From: a virus | DNA: 44,999 nt | Virus record (IMG/VR): IMGVR_UViG_3300030688_000053 | Direction: 5' to 3' (one strand) | Shown: positions 1 through 8,030 of the stretch, one piece after another | Layout: every line of letters begins with the position of its first letter | Position numbering within the stretch: the first letter of the stretch is position 1 | Translations under genes and position numbers: made by a program | Notes under the pieces: model-generated | Told to the model about the DNA's origin: nothing | Database searches by the model: none | The model's input: only the letters and a program-made list of their open reading frames with translations

Positions 1-127
1 TCCTCCACGTCCGTGGAAGCATCCGCCCATCTGAAAAAGGTTTGTATTGTTGGAAGTCTGACAACATCAGATTCGAGAACCTGGCGCAGGCTTTCTCCCT
101 GAGTGATGCGATCACATACCTCAAGCC
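1..127. repeat. Exact terminal duplicate of 44873..44999 (assembly overlap of a circular or circularly permuted genome)
   Basis: Direct comparison: tcctccacgtccgtggaagc...cacatacctcaagcc at 1-127 is identical to 44873-44999. An ORF reads in frame across the junction. Confidence 0.95.
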
Positions 128-245
128 AGATTTCCTTCGATGGCTCAACGTTGCGCTTATGATGGGATTTAACGGGGGGCGGTGTTGCTTCTTCCCCCTT
201 AGTGGTCTTGGCAGGTTTCTCTGCCTTTTCGCTGGACTTCTTCAT
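1..245 (-). CDS. terS: Terminase small subunit, N-terminal part (continues across the window junction into 44533..44872)
   Basis: Minus-strand ATG at 245..243 has GAGG about 10 nt upstream. My translation is MKKSSEKAEKPAKTTKGEE...EIWLEVCDRITQGESLRQVLESDVVRLPTIQTFFRWADASTDVEEGHV.... It joins the track ORF 44533..44880 in frame, giving 194 aa in total. The N-terminus looks like an HTH typical of TerS. Confidence 0.8.
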   Translation of the reverse strand, partial: MKKSSEKAEKPAKTTKGEEATPPPVKSHHKRNVEPSKEIWLEVCDRITQGESLRQVLESDVVRLPTIQTFFRWADASTDVE

Positions 246-307
246 TTTGTGTTTGCCTCATTGCCGGCGTAGAGGGTTTGGTGTTGTGCCCGGCTTGGGG
301 CTTCGCC

Positions 308-616
308 TTATGGCGCGGTGTTTTTTGGCTTGGCGCCGGTGAAGGGCCACCAGTAGAGCCAGTCTGATGCGGGAGGCGGTGCGCTCGAGTCTGGTTCCTT
401 CATGATGCGCGATTGCCTCAGAGCATGCAGAAGTCGATTGCAATCCTCTTGGGTAGGTGGTTGTTTGATATCTGGGATGGCAGCCATCTGATACGTCTGC
501 ACCTTTCGTTCAGCCCACAGCTTATGTGAGGTTTTGTAATCGGCCAGAACGAGGCCGCAGAAAATCCCCGCTAGCCACACGCAAATTCCCATGGGGATGA
601 TTAGCTTTCGAGACAT
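308..616 (-). CDS. Hypothetical membrane-anchored protein (102 aa)
   Basis: This is an internal ATG of track ORF 308..922, preceded by TAAGGAGATGCGTA. The N-terminal hydrophobic segment is MSRKLIIPMGICVWLAGIFCGLVLA. The longer 204-aa version overlaps the upstream gene. Confidence 0.6.
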   Translation of the reverse strand: MSRKLIIPMGICVWLAGIFCGLVLADYKTSHKLWAERKVQTYQMAAIPDIKQPPTQEDCNRLLHALRQSRIMKEPDSSAPPPASDWLYWWPFTGAKPKNTAP

Positions 617-749
617 TACGCATCTCCTTAATAGGGTTGACCCGCCCCGCGCCGTAAGAACCCTAGCATCAGGGGAGAAGAAACGGCTTCCATGTCGTGC
701 GGGTCTGCTGGGCTTTTCCCCGAGTCGCCAGCGCGCGGGTTGATTGCTC

Positions 750-1157
750 TTACGCCACGCGACCAATGTAGGAGGCGTCATAAACGACGCTTCCGGCAAA
801 GTTTGTGATGTCGAATGAAATCTTGTCGGTGCCGGCCAGCACCAAGGTTGGGGCGGTCCCGACAACGCCGGCCGCGCCAGCCCATCGGGTGCCTGCAGGC
901 CATGTAAGCCCCACTCCGCCATTTGTCACCGTCAGGATCGCGCGGATTGCGTGGCCGGTTGTCGGAAGACTTGAAAACGAAAGCGTCGCTGCGGCGCCCA
1001 CCGTAAATGCAATATCGGTCCCCAAACCGAGGTCAATAGCCTTTGCGCCAGAGATAGAATCCACATTCTGGGCCACATTGGAGCCGCCAGAACTAGCGCC
1101 GCCGGGATAGATGCCGAGGATTTTGAGCCAGATAATGAGCTGGGCGATGCCGATCAT
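750..1157 (-). CDS. Hypothetical protein (135 aa), Gly/Ala/Thr-rich, possibly virion-associated
   Basis: Track ORF 750..1169. The ATG at 1157 overlaps the stop of the upstream 55-aa ORF (ATGA). I recognised no motif. Confidence 0.6.
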   Translation of the reverse strand: MIGIAQLIIWLKILGIYPGGASSGGSNVAQNVDSISGAKAIDLGLGTDIAFTVGAAATLSFSSLPTTGHAIRAILTVTNGGVGLTWPAGTRWAGAAGVVGTAPTLVLAGTDKISFDITNFAGSVVYDASYIGRVA

Positions 1158-1321
1158 TGCTTCACCCATGCAGAAACACCTGTCACATTAGAACCGGTAT
1201 AGGTGAGCGTCTGCTTGTAAAAGCTGCCGTAAATGTCAGGCCCTGCAGTGATCGTGTCGACCGCGCCGCTGGGGCCGCCATACGTGATCACCAGGGGCAA
1301 TTGATTGGGGTCGATAGTCAC
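1154..1321 (-). CDS. Small hypothetical protein (55 aa, GTG start), absent from the ORF track
   Basis: My translation is VTIDPNQLPLVITYGGPSGAVDTITAGPDIYGSFYKQTLTYTGSNVTGVSAWVKQ. GAAGAGG lies 7 nt upstream of the GTG. The stop overlaps the next ATG (ATGA coupling). Confidence 0.4.
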   Translation of the reverse strand: MTIDPNQLPLVITYGGPSGAVDTITAGPDIYGSFYKQTLTYTGSNVTGVSAWVKQ

Positions 1322-1406
1322 GGCGGGGCCTCTTCAAATTAAATTGCAATCGGGACAATGATTGTCACATCATAGCGCCTCTAGGCATTACCGTCCATAG
1401 AGCAGG

Positions 1407-1775
1407 CTAAGTCCGAAAATCAACGTCATCCCCGAACTTGGTGGCGACATAAGCACGCATTGCCGCGATGAGAGGTGTAGATCCGTAGAACGTCATGTGA
1501 AGGCCGGCTGTTCTGTGAAGCAACTCCAAGCTGAAAGCAGCCCAAACCTGAGGATGCGGATGGGATGGGGCGCGGATCGTAATAAATTCGCGGTCAATAA
1601 TTGGCCCTGCATGCTGCCAATCAGTCGACGGCTCAAACCTTTCCCCGTTTATCAGACTACCCGGCTTATTCCAGTCGATAACTTCGCACCTTCCATTACT
1701 CAACCTAGAATAGTGCCCCATGCCCTTTGCCACCCAATAATCAAGGGTTATCCCGGTCAATTCGGATACTTTCAT
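1407..1775 (-). CDS. DUF2591-like (NinX-like) phage protein
   Basis: The N-terminus reads LTGITLDYWVAKGMG, followed by PSTDWQHAGPIIDREFI. From memory this matches the DUF2591 pattern. The gene sits in a nin-like region. Confidence 0.6.
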   Translation of the reverse strand: MKVSELTGITLDYWVAKGMGHYSRLSNGRCEVIDWNKPGSLINGERFEPSTDWQHAGPIIDREFITIRAPSHPHPQVWAAFSLELLHRTAGLHMTFYGSTPLIAAMRAYVATKFGDDVDFRT

Positions 1776-1777
1776 GG

Positions 1778-1999
1778 TTAAACCTCGGTGTCGAATTGAA
1801 TGTCGCTCGGCAGCACCGTCGTGATGCTGCCGTCTGGGAATTCCACGATGCCGACAGAAAAGGACGCACGGACTTCCGAATCCCCATCAATCTCCAAACC
1901 CCAGCCGTGAAATTTTCCGGCAATCCTTTCTGCTGGTTCGGAGCACCGTGTTTCTGGGTTCCAGGCGCGGAACGTTACTTGGCAATTTCTCAAAGTCAT
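1778..1999 (-). CDS. Hypothetical protein (73 aa)
   Basis: Internal ATG of track ORF 1778..2293, preceded by GAGAAGAGAAAATT. The longer version overlaps the upstream CDS 2014..2475 in another frame. Confidence 0.55.
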   Translation of the reverse strand: MTLRNCQVTFRAWNPETRCSEPAERIAGKFHGWGLEIDGDSEVRASFSVGIVEFPDGSITTVLPSDIQFDTEV

Positions 2000-2013
2000 A
2001 ATTTTCTCTTCTC

Positions 2014-2475
2014 TCAAGGTCGGTTGTCGGTGCCACAATTGGCACAATTGCTGGTGAAGCGCTGGTTGTAGCTGACAAAACGGCCGCATCCTGCGCAGTT
2101 GTAGCGGTCGCTGCCGAGGCCGCCGCCCTTCTTCCGGGAAAACCATTCGAACACGATCGGCACGGTGGTCGGAAATACACTGGCCTGAATCAGCGCCTTC
2201 CGGTTCTCTGGCGTGTTCATGACCACGGGCCCGGCGTCGTTGTCTACGGTGCGCGGCAGCGGCGGCATGCCTATGGCATCGGCTACAGCGCACGGCACGG
2301 CGAAAGTGCTTTCTCCGCTGAGGTAATAGCCCTGGCGTGCTTCGATGGCCTCACGCGAATACTTTCCCGCCCACGAAAGCGCCCAGCAATACCCGGAATC
2401 GTTCGGGCGCCAGAACGTAATGTAATGAGCGTCCCGGCGCGTGTGCCTGGTGCTGACGATGTAGAAGTCAGTCAT
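2014..2475 (-). CDS. Hypothetical protein with a C-terminal CxxC...CxxC zinc-ribbon-like motif
   Basis: 153-aa ORF. The C-terminus reads CAGCGRFVSYNQRFTSNCANCG. Its ATG overlaps the stop of the phosphatase gene. Confidence 0.65.
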   Translation of the reverse strand: MTDFYIVSTRHTRRDAHYITFWRPNDSGYCWALSWAGKYSREAIEARQGYYLSGESTFAVPCAVADAIGMPPLPRTVDNDAGPVVMNTPENRKALIQASVFPTTVPIVFEWFSRKKGGGLGSDRYNCAGCGRFVSYNQRFTSNCANCGTDNRP

Positions 2476-3179
2476 GGGCCCACCGGCAACAGTGACTCGG
2501 CGTGCAGGACAGTGAAATAGCCGCCCTTGTGTACCGGGAACCAGCCGCCGGTGTCGATATGGTGAACGTTGCCGAGCACGACACGCTTCAGCAGCGGCGT
2601 ATGGCCCACCACCACAGCGCGCACATCGGTTACACCGCCAGTCAGGCGATACTCAATCCGCATACGCGACCATTGAGCGCAGTCGATCAGAGATTTCAGC
2701 TTGCTACGCGGGGTCTCTGGATCGTCCAACGCGGTCACGAATTCCTTCCAACTCGCGCAGGGACAATCAGCATGCACTATGCCGACAATGCCGTACTCAG
2801 TTTCCAATTCGATGGCGATGGGGAGCGCCGACAGGGCATCAGAAATAAACCAGCGCTCAGCGTCCGTATTGGAGATGTTCCACGCGCCGCCGTTCGCCGC
2901 ATAGTTCCCTGCGTCCATGTTTCCATTTGGCCAGCGGATTGCCATGTCTTCGTGATTACCGGCGACGGCGTGAAACCATGGATAGCCGATCCATTCAAGC
3001 GCCTGGTGAGACTCGGGACCACGGTCGACCAGATCGCCAACGCTAAACAGACGGTCCACATCTTTTCTGAATCCGATGGAGTCGAGGAACGACTGCAGCC
3101 GCGTGAAATTGCCATGAATATCGCCGACGATAAAATCGTGCCCAGCTTGATTGCGGGAAAACCGCTTTACCATGCTCAT
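2472..3179 (-). CDS. Ser/Thr protein phosphatase (metallophosphoesterase, lambda PPase/NinI-like)
   Basis: The motifs GDIHGN, GDLVDRGPES and GNHE appear in the canonical order and spacing. Confidence 0.9.
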   Translation of the reverse strand: MSMVKRFSRNQAGHDFIVGDIHGNFTRLQSFLDSIGFRKDVDRLFSVGDLVDRGPESHQALEWIGYPWFHAVAGNHEDMAIRWPNGNMDAGNYAANGGAWNISNTDAERWFISDALSALPIAIELETEYGIVGIVHADCPCASWKEFVTALDDPETPRSKLKSLIDCAQWSRMRIEYRLTGGVTDVRAVVVGHTPLLKRVVLGNVHHIDTGGWFPVHKGGYFTVLHAESLLPVGP

Positions 3180-3478
3180 GCTGGCACCTTTTGTTCTTCG
3201 GTTACTTCGTCTTGCATGGGGAGACCGGAGACCGGGCGCAGTTTGTAGTCATCTGTAATAGCATACTGACTGATGCGCCCAGTCCCCATAGAGGTTGGGA
3301 ACAAAAAATCTCTGGGAAATTTTATGATCCAGCAGTCAACCCCAACACCCTGATGCATTTGCCCATCAGGAAGCTGGAATCTATAGGATGGTGCCAACTC
3401 TATGACCTCAACAATAACGCCAAGGTAAGCCTTGATAACTCCGCCATAAATCGCCAAATCACCTCGTTTGCAGTTCAT
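3176..3478 (-). CDS. Hypothetical protein (100 aa)
   Basis: ORF tightly packed in the operon. Its stop overlaps the downstream start. Confidence 0.6.
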   Translation of the reverse strand: MNCKRGDLAIYGGVIKAYLGVIVEVIELAPSYRFQLPDGQMHQGVGVDCWIIKFPRDFLFPTSMGTGRISQYAITDDYKLRPVSGLPMQDEVTEEQKVPA

Positions 3479-3493
3479 GATTCTTCCTTTTGG

Positions 3494-3994
3494 TTAGACA
3501 GCCACAGCAGCCGGCCGCATCTTGTTAAAAAGCCTTCCCATGTCACTCATAGCACCTGATTGATGCAACAGCTTCACACGCTGTACGGCCCGGCTGGATT
3601 CGCCCTGCGTGCATGCCCGAAGCTGAGCGGAATACATCTCACGGCCTTCCCTGATCGCGGCAAGCTCCGACGCGCGACATGTAGACGATCCACCGGCAAT
3701 CATCCGCTCGGCAATCGCCTTGAGCGCTTCGGACGCCGCCTTGATCGCTGGCACCAGGTTGGCGCCCACGCCAGCGAAAACCAAGCCCTCGGCGACGTTC
3801 ATGGCGTTGGCGACCGTGTTCCAGTCCTGACGGTCCGCGCGGCCTTCGCGCAGCTTGTCGATTGCAACATCAACCGGCCCCATGAACTGCGCATGCTGCG
3901 CATCTGTCAACATGCAAGAACCGGCTATGGCCCACTCAATCGGTGAAGCCAGTATATCACGAGGCTGATATTTTTTGTTTCTTTTTTTCTTCAT
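3494..3994 (-). CDS. Hypothetical protein (166 aa), basic N-terminus
   Basis: ORF beginning MKKKRNKKYQPRD. No recognised motif. Confidence 0.65.
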   Translation of the reverse strand: MKKKRNKKYQPRDILASPIEWAIAGSCMLTDAQHAQFMGPVDVAIDKLREGRADRQDWNTVANAMNVAEGLVFAGVGANLVPAIKAASEALKAIAERMIAGGSSTCRASELAAIREGREMYSAQLRACTQGESSRAVQRVKLLHQSGAMSDMGRLFNKMRPAAVAV

Positions 3995-4016
3995 TTAAAG
4001 AACTCTTGATTTTCAG

Positions 4017-4340
4017 TTAAAGTTCTTCAGTGTCACGCCGGACCCACACGCACACTGCGCTATCCTCGGTCATGTGGATAGAAAGAATGAACCAGCCTTC
4101 GCCAGTCGGCCGCTCTGGGGTCCAATCGCCGACATCGGCATTGCCATCTTCGAAGTATCGGATTTTTGCTGGCGTCGTATCCGGGTAGTCTTCCAGATCA
4201 TCAACAACATATTGAAGCCCCTGATCTTTTAGCCATTGCAAATATTTTTGATATTCGTCTTCCTCGAACTCTGGCACATCAGGGTGAGTCCAATATCCTT
4301 CGCTGTCACGGCATACCTCAACTGGTTGGATCAATTGCAT
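4017..4340 (-). CDS. Hypothetical acidic protein (107 aa)
   Basis: Internal ATG of track ORF 4017..4490, preceded by AAGGAGAAGAAA. The upstream extension overlaps the neighbouring small gene. Confidence 0.6.
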   Translation of the reverse strand: MQLIQPVEVCRDSEGYWTHPDVPEFEEDEYQKYLQWLKDQGLQYVVDDLEDYPDTTPAKIRYFEDGNADVGDWTPERPTGEGWFILSIHMTEDSAVCVWVRRDTEEL

Positions 4341-4381
4341 TTTCTTCTCCTTGGTTAGTGCTGCGTTGAATAAATTATTTC

Positions 4382-4558
4382 TCAGTGTTTGAAAGACGCC
4401 AAGAAAATGGCAATACCCTGCGGAATTCCAACGCCGGCAATCGTCGCCAGCGCCGAGCAGACCATCGCGTCCCAGAATGTCAGGCTGCAAGGCGCTTCCG
4501 CTTCCTCGTCCTCGTAGACCGCCATCGTTTGCTCTATCTGCTCTTGCATGTGTTCCAT
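4382..4558 (-). CDS. Small membrane protein (58 aa)
   Basis: Internal ATG (MEHMQEQ...) preceded by GGGGAGAGACC. The C-terminal hydrophobic segment is MVCSALATIAGVGIPQGIAIFLA. Confidence 0.5.
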   Translation of the reverse strand: MEHMQEQIEQTMAVYEDEEAEAPCSLTFWDAMVCSALATIAGVGIPQGIAIFLASFKH

Positions 4559-4577
4559 GGTCTCTCCCCGGTTATTT

Positions 4578-5333
4578 TCAGACCGCGTTGCCGCGCTGCG
4601 ATTCCCAGTCGAATTTAACCCACTTGCCGCCCTCGCGCAGCCGGTCATAACTGCGGTCGCCCAGAAAGTCCTTCATCTCAGATGCCGTCAAATTCGTCAG
4701 CAAGATCATCGGCATCTGGTCGCGGTAGCGCTTGTCGATAATGTCAAACAGGCTGACCTGTTCGGACTCTGTCCCGTATTGCACGCCCACTTCGTCCAGG
4801 ATCAGCAGATCAACGCTTGCCAGCGCGCGGAGCACCTGGCTTTCTGATTTCTCAGAGTTCCGGCGCCATGTGTCGCGGATCATGCGCACCGCGTCGATTG
4901 CGCTGATGTACATTGCCGTCCGCTCTGGCATGATCGCCGACGCAATGGCAATCGCAAGGTGGCTTTTCCCGGTGCCGGGCTTGCCAGAGAAAACCATCGT
5001 CGTGCCATCCTTGGCATGGGTAGAGAAGTTGTGCGCAAACTCCATGGCGATTGAGCGCGCCTTATCCTTGGCGTCTGTCTCAGTCCGGTAGCCTGCGAAA
5101 TCCTTGCCGCGAAACCTCAAGGGAATTCCGGCCTGGTTCAAGCGATGCTCGAGCGCGCGCTGGCGCTCAATCGCGTCCCGTTGCTTTTTCTCTGCGGCAT
5201 TGCTTTCGCGCTCCGCGCTGGTGCATTCCGGGCAGTTCATCCAAACGACTCGCTTGAGCAGTTTGATTCCCTTGGCAATGTACGCGCCATGGGTCTCGCA
5301 ATTCCGTGCTTCCGTTTCAGTGAATGCATCCAT
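4578..5333 (-). CDS. DnaC/IstB-like AAA+ helicase loader
   Basis: Walker A is GKPGTGKSHLAIAIA and Walker B is LLILDEVG. The gene lies immediately downstream of the replication initiator. Confidence 0.85.
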   Translation of the reverse strand: MDAFTETEARNCETHGAYIAKGIKLLKRVVWMNCPECTSAERESNAAEKKQRDAIERQRALEHRLNQAGIPLRFRGKDFAGYRTETDAKDKARSIAMEFAHNFSTHAKDGTTMVFSGKPGTGKSHLAIAIASAIMPERTAMYISAIDAVRMIRDTWRRNSEKSESQVLRALASVDLLILDEVGVQYGTESEQVSLFDIIDKRYRDQMPMILLTNLTASEMKDFLGDRSYDRLREGGKWVKFDWESQRGNAV

Positions 5334-6168
5334 CGTCGCCTATCCCTTCTCCGTAGTCTTTTTGGTCAAAACCGTTGTGCCGCGAGATCGATGTTTTGGG
5401 TGAGCCGCGCGCCAGGTGCTGACCGCCCAGCTTTGCCCAGTCCCCCGAGATCGCATTACGCAGGGCAGCATCCCAATCGGCATACACGTAGCCGTTGGCC
5501 TTGGCCTTGTCGATGAACGATGAAAAATGCCGGTCGAGGTTCTGCACGTTGTTCTTCACCGCCCAAGCATTGACCTGCTCAGAAACACAGAAACCGTCAG
5601 GCAGTGGAATCTTTTGCGATTTTCGCGTGCGCTTCGGCTTGTCCGAAGCTGGCGCTTGCGCCGTACTTCCAAGCAATCCGGTATCAGGAATCAGTGAATC
5701 AGGAATCAGTGAATCAGGGTGTTCTTTAACTGTTAAAGAATTGTTAGTCGACTGTTTTTGATCTGTTAATTCTTTGTCTTTCAACGAAACGGAGCCTGTC
5801 GAATATCCGTTTTTTCCGCGTTCGTGAATCCACAATTTACCGTCTTCATCCGGCATATCGCCGTCCTTCTCGGTGCCGTGTGGTGTCTGGTGCTTTGAGA
5901 ATCCGGCTACCTGGATGACCTTCACGCCGGCCGACTCGTAGCGCCGGATGAAGCCGTCATTGCAAAGGGATTGCAGCATGCCATCAACATCGGCAGATCG
6001 GTCATACGGAAGCGCCTGGACAGCGATACGGCTTGGCCTATCCTCAAGTCGTCCCTCTCGGTCAGCCAGCATCCAAAGGTAAATGAACAGCAGGCGCGTC
6101 AATGGCGCCAAGGATGCGAGATCCTCATTCACCATGATTGCCGGCTTGATGTTGCGTGCGCGTGCCAT
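5317..6168 (-). CDS. Replication initiator / replisome organiser (lambda O-like role)
   Basis: The N-terminal winged-helix-like region reads MARARNIKPAIMVNEDLASL...LFIYLWMLADREGRLE. The gene lies upstream of the DnaC-like loader. It contains internal iteron-like DNA repeats that encode PDSLIPDSLIPD. Confidence 0.7.
   Translation of the reverse strand: MARARNIKPAIMVNEDLASLAPLTRLLFIYLWMLADREGRLEDRPSRIAVQALPYDRSADVDGMLQSLCNDGFIRRYESAGVKVIQVAGFSKHQTPHGTEKDGDMPDEDGKLWIHERGKNGYSTGSVSLKDKELTDQKQSTNNSLTVKEHPDSLIPDSLIPDTGLLGSTAQAPASDKPKRTRKSQKIPLPDGFCVSEQVNAWAVKNNVQNLDRHFSSFIDKAKANGYVYADWDAALRNAISGDWAKLGGQHLARGSPKTSISRHNGFDQKDYGEGIGDDGCIH
5686..5719. repeat. Iteron-like tandem repeats (2.3 x 15 bp aggaatcagtgaatc; four GAATCAG cores)
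   Basis: Read directly from the sequence. GAATCAG occurs at 5688, 5696, 5703 and 5711. A 9-bp perfect inverted repeat follows (ttctttaac t gttaaagaa, 5722-5740), then an AT-rich stretch. Confidence 0.6.
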
Positions 6169-6169
6169 A

Positions 6170-6598
6170 TCAGTAGTAATCCCTACGACTCTCGTTTATG
6201 CCATCAAATATGGATTTCATTTCTGCCTTGAAATTGAATTTTTCCATCATCGGAACAGGTATTTTTTTCAGGCGCAAAGCCGCCATCATGCAGGCTGGAC
6301 AATCGCCTGCAGCATCACGGAATGCCGGATAAATTTCCTCAAGTTGTTGCGTCAACTTGTAGTGCTCAGTCTCCTCATGCTTTTGAGCAAGACACTCCGC
6401 CGTGTTGTATGTGGTCGGATCGGGAAGCATGTCGATCAGCTCTTGAAGAACTGGGGCAACGCCCAGTAGGTCGCAGACCCGGCATTTCCTATTTGGATTC
6501 AGCGTGCAATGCTTCTCATGCTTCGACATGGCAAAGCTCTGCAGGCCTCCGCGATTGCAAAAATCACACCAGTAACGATTTATTTTCTTGACCCGCAT
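6170..6598 (-). CDS. Cys-rich (zinc-binding-like) hypothetical protein
   Basis: 142-aa ORF with AGGAGAAATAACA upstream. Cys/His clusters are CDFCN, HEKHC, CRVCD and CPAC. Confidence 0.7.
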   Translation of the reverse strand: MRVKKINRYWCDFCNRGGLQSFAMSKHEKHCTLNPNRKCRVCDLLGVAPVLQELIDMLPDPTTYNTAECLAQKHEETEHYKLTQQLEEIYPAFRDAAGDCPACMMAALRLKKIPVPMMEKFNFKAEMKSIFDGINESRRDYY

Positions 6599-6611
6599 TG
6601 TTATTTCTCCT

Positions 6612-6690
6612 GGCCTGAGGGAGAGGGACTGAACCCCCTACCGAAGATTAGGGTGGCGCCATTACTGGTTAGCCGCCCCTCCCTCAGGCC
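6612..6690 (-). other. Long GC-rich compound hairpin (12-bp closing stem plus two inner hairpins) in the ninG/Zn-protein intergenic leader
   Basis: ggcctgagggag (6612-6623) pairs perfectly with ctccctcaggcc (6679-6690). Inner stems are CCCTA/TAGGG and GGCG/CGCC. There is no ORF and no U-tract. Confidence 0.5.
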
Positions 6691-6770
6691 TCGTCGGTTT
6701 GCGTAATCTGGCAGCGGTTCAAGCTGTCAGGGCTTTTGAGCAATCCGGCTTTGCGCCGAACTGATAAAGA

Positions 6771-6799
6771 ATTATTGTATTGCTTAAGTCATAAGTCAA
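6771..6799 (-). promoter_or_regulatory. Predicted sigma70 promoter (TTGACT-N17-AATAAT)
   Basis: On the minus strand, TTGACT is the reverse complement of 6794-6799. A 17-nt spacer follows, then AATAAT (reverse complement of 6771-6776). These are the same hexamers as the leftward promoter at 9277-9305. Confidence 0.5.
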
Positions 6800-6837
6800 G
6801 GAATTCCTACACGGCTTGTAGAAATTTTGGAAGTGGC

Positions 6838-7560
6838 CTATTCAGCCCGCGCAGCGCGCAGGTCTTTGCGTTTTAATTTATAGATTCTGGTCAATGTGAT
6901 CAGGTCATCAATGGTGTATTTGCGGATTTCGTTGTCAGCCTTCAGGACATCGACGTAATCCTGTCCATAGCGTTTGATCAGGCCCTGCTCATAGGCATGC
7001 GGGTTGCCGGTCAAATGGTCATTGCAGTACTTGCATTGGCCGTGGATATTGTTTTCGAGAAAGCGCATGTGCGAAGCGCTGCCAACGCTACGAAAGTGAC
7101 CGGCGTCATAATCGCCGCCTGGACGACCTAGTTTCAGCAAAATCGTGTCGCAAGAGATGCACTCCTTGCCTTCGTCCCGCTCACGGATGAATCCATGCAA
7201 CTCGGTCTTGAGTGCGTTCATGTGCCACTTGCGCGGACGCATAGCGTTCAGCTTGGCGCGCGTCACGGCGCGATCTGCATACTCTTCCTTAGTAGCCTTG
7301 GCCGCCGCCAGACGAATACCCAGCGCAGCGCCACATTCAGGGCTACACCACTTGTCGCGCAAGGCGTTGAACGGACGAAACGGTGTCTTGCAGATAGCGC
7401 ACTTGCGCATACGTGGCTTCTTGACCTTCGCCAGATCCTTATTTGTCGCAAGTAACGATGGCTGAATCGCAGACTTGCCAAGATTTGCCGTGCGCAAGAT
7501 GCCGGGCTGTGCCGATACCTTGGGCTTGAAGCCAGTACGCTTGAGGGCCGTGCGTTTCAT
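6838..7560 (-). CDS. ninG: NinG/Rap-like recombination endonuclease
   Basis: Cys motif CAICKTPF...CSPEC, plus HFRSVGSASHMRFLENNIHGQCKYCNDHLTGN. This matches my recollection of lambda NinG family motifs. Confidence 0.8.
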   Translation of the reverse strand: MKRTALKRTGFKPKVSAQPGILRTANLGKSAIQPSLLATNKDLAKVKKPRMRKCAICKTPFRPFNALRDKWCSPECGAALGIRLAAAKATKEEYADRAVTRAKLNAMRPRKWHMNALKTELHGFIRERDEGKECISCDTILLKLGRPGGDYDAGHFRSVGSASHMRFLENNIHGQCKYCNDHLTGNPHAYEQGLIKRYGQDYVDVLKADNEIRKYTIDDLITLTRIYKLKRKDLRAARAE

Positions 7561-8030
7561 GCGGCCATCCGCCGCTCATTAGGATTAGCATGGAACAGCA
7601 CGCCCAGGTTCGCACCGAAGGCATGGACTTGCTCCAGATATTGCGAGAAGCCTTTGATGGTGAGCTCAGTAGTGGAGCCGACCAACACACGCACGCCGTC
7701 CGGCGTGAAGTCGTATTTTTGATAGCCTTCTTTGGTCAATTCCAGGTCGAATTCCTCGGGCAAGAATTGCTCTTTGAAATATTCATGCCAGACGACAGCG
7801 CTGTATTGCCGACCATTCGACCAAGCTTGCTGCTCGATATCCTTGAGCGGGCCAACCCACATCAGGGTATTCTGATCAAGCTTGCGAGCCTTGACCTCTT
7901 CCCGCAAAACGACCTCAAGAGGTTTTTCGGAATCAAGAGGAATGTTGTTCAGCAAAGCAATTGCCGAGTCGCGTTGCTGAGCTCCGACGAGCCGTATCTT
8001 TCGTTCGGTGAATTTTTGACGCGCGGTCAT
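7557..8030 (-). CDS. ninB: NinB/Orf-like recombination mediator
   Basis: RKLDQNTLMW resembles lambda NinB RSLDQNRKLW. STTELTIKGFSQYLEQVHAFGANLGV resembles STSRMRVGEFAELLELIQAFGTERGV. The lambda sequences are from memory. Confidence 0.75.
   Translation of the reverse strand: MTARQKFTERKIRLVGAQQRDSAIALLNNIPLDSEKPLEVVLREEVKARKLDQNTLMWVGPLKDIEQQAWSNGRQYSAVVWHEYFKEQFLPEEFDLELTKEGYQKYDFTPDGVRVLVGSTTELTIKGFSQYLEQVHAFGANLGVLFHANPNERRMAA

Noticed and set aside
42-272. Plus-strand 76-aa ORF (TTG start) at the window start.
   Set aside because: It is antisense to the in-frame N-terminal part of terS, which has a proper ATG, an RBS and continuity across the circular junction.
308-922. The full 204-aa version of this minus-strand ORF, and similar long versions of 1778..2293, 4017..4490, 4382..4648 and 36452..37009.
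   Set aside because: The upstream extensions overlap neighbouring genes or terminator hairpins and have odd Arg/Pro-rich composition. Internal ATGs with good RBSs give compact, non-overlapping models.
6612-6691. Possible tRNA gene on the minus strand. It has a 7-bp acceptor-like stem CTGAGGG/CCCTCAG, a GGGGGTTCAGTCC T-arm-like segment, and an encoded GCCA 3' end, over a 77-nt span.
   Set aside because: With the T arm and acceptor stem fixed, the remaining bases cannot form a D arm or a 5-bp anticodon stem with a 7-nt loop. The only good inner hairpin has an 8-nt loop and competes with the T stem for bases. U8, A14, G18/G19 and A58 are all missing. I kept it only as a tRNA-like or structured-element finding.
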